Source of the DNA: a virus
Taxonomy: Duplodnaviria; Caudoviricetes
Virus record (IMG/VR): IMGVR_UViG_3300018079_000013
Span: 1-55,879 of that record
Strand: one strand, 5' to 3'
DNA length: 55,879 bases
The translations under genes were made by a program, and so were the position numbers. The notes beneath the pieces were generated by a model. The model saw only the letters and a program-made list of their open reading frames with translations. It did not search any database and had not been told where the DNA came from. Shown piece after piece: positions 55,481 to 55,879 of this stretch (the first letter of the stretch is position 1; every line of letters begins with the position of its first letter).

Positions 55481-55815
55481 TTTTCGTCCTCTTCGAATTT
55501 AAAGCTCCTAATCCTCCTCATTGAAATGTACCCGAACGGTACTAGTTCGCCATCAGTGCGTTCAAGACGAACACACTCGAAGTCAGGAAGCAAATTTGAA
55601 TGCCACATGATGTACGTGATTGCAAACATTACTTCATTTAGAGCCACGCGCTCGCTTCGTCCTTTTATTGCGCGTTGCAGTGCGCTCATTGTCATGGGGT
55701 TCAACCAGTCGCGCTCTCTTGTGCGTTCGTCTAGAAAGATCGCGTGCTCATGCGACAACGTTTGAACAGGAGCAGTCGCACGTTGGCTGTCTTTCAATTG
55801 CGTTGGTCTACTCAC
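55477..55815 (-). CDS. Hypothetical protein
   Basis: GTG 55815 overlaps the stop of the junction-spanning ORF. Confidence 0.55.
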   Translation of the reverse strand: MSRPTQLKDSQRATAPVQTLSHEHAIFLDERTRERDWLNPMTMSALQRAIKGRSERVALNEVMFAITYIMWHSNLLPDFECVRLERTDGELVPFGYISMRRIRSFKFEEDEK

Positions 55816-55879
55816 GCCGTCTCTTTCAGTAGCGGATCGGTACAAACCCATTCGACTTCCTCTTCGGTGCGTCCTGGAA

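Noticed and set aside
35296-55879. Lysogeny module
   Set aside because: No tyrosine/serine integrase, ParA or clear repressor recognised

Overview
The window appears to be a complete, circularly permuted ~55.9-kb tailed (siphovirus-type) phage genome; an RBS-led ORF reads across the end/start junction. The host is probably an Actinomycetota (inference), and no integrase or repressor was recognised. There are three blocks. (1) A minus-strand early/accessory arm of small genes (~51.4 kb through the junction to 7.2 kb), including a DUF932 protein. (2) A plus-strand virion and lysis operon (7.5-35.2 kb): fibre/lectin-like genes placed before terminase, portal, S49 protease-scaffold, capsid, tail tube, frameshifted tail chaperone, tape measure, endolysin and holin. 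(3) A minus-strand replication arm (35.3-51.3 kb): RuvC, UDG-PolA fusion, MazG-like, dNMP kinase, primase-helicase, macro domain, SSB, Sak4-like ATPase, Cas4-like exonuclease, SNF2 helicase. The most unusual signal is non-coding. The early arm carries at least 8 structured RNA-like cassettes, some in tandem arrays (174-746, 53031-53680). Each has an unrelated, highly structured interior closed by a long stem with a shared signature on the minus strand (UG-N3/4-KAG / CUM-N3/4-GA, G-G mismatch in 7 of 8, compensatory changes). Also seen is a 4-copy promoter-like motif TTGACA-N4-TGC-TAnnnT whose spacer is 7 bp instead of 17. All calls were made by eye; no database searches or folding programs were run.
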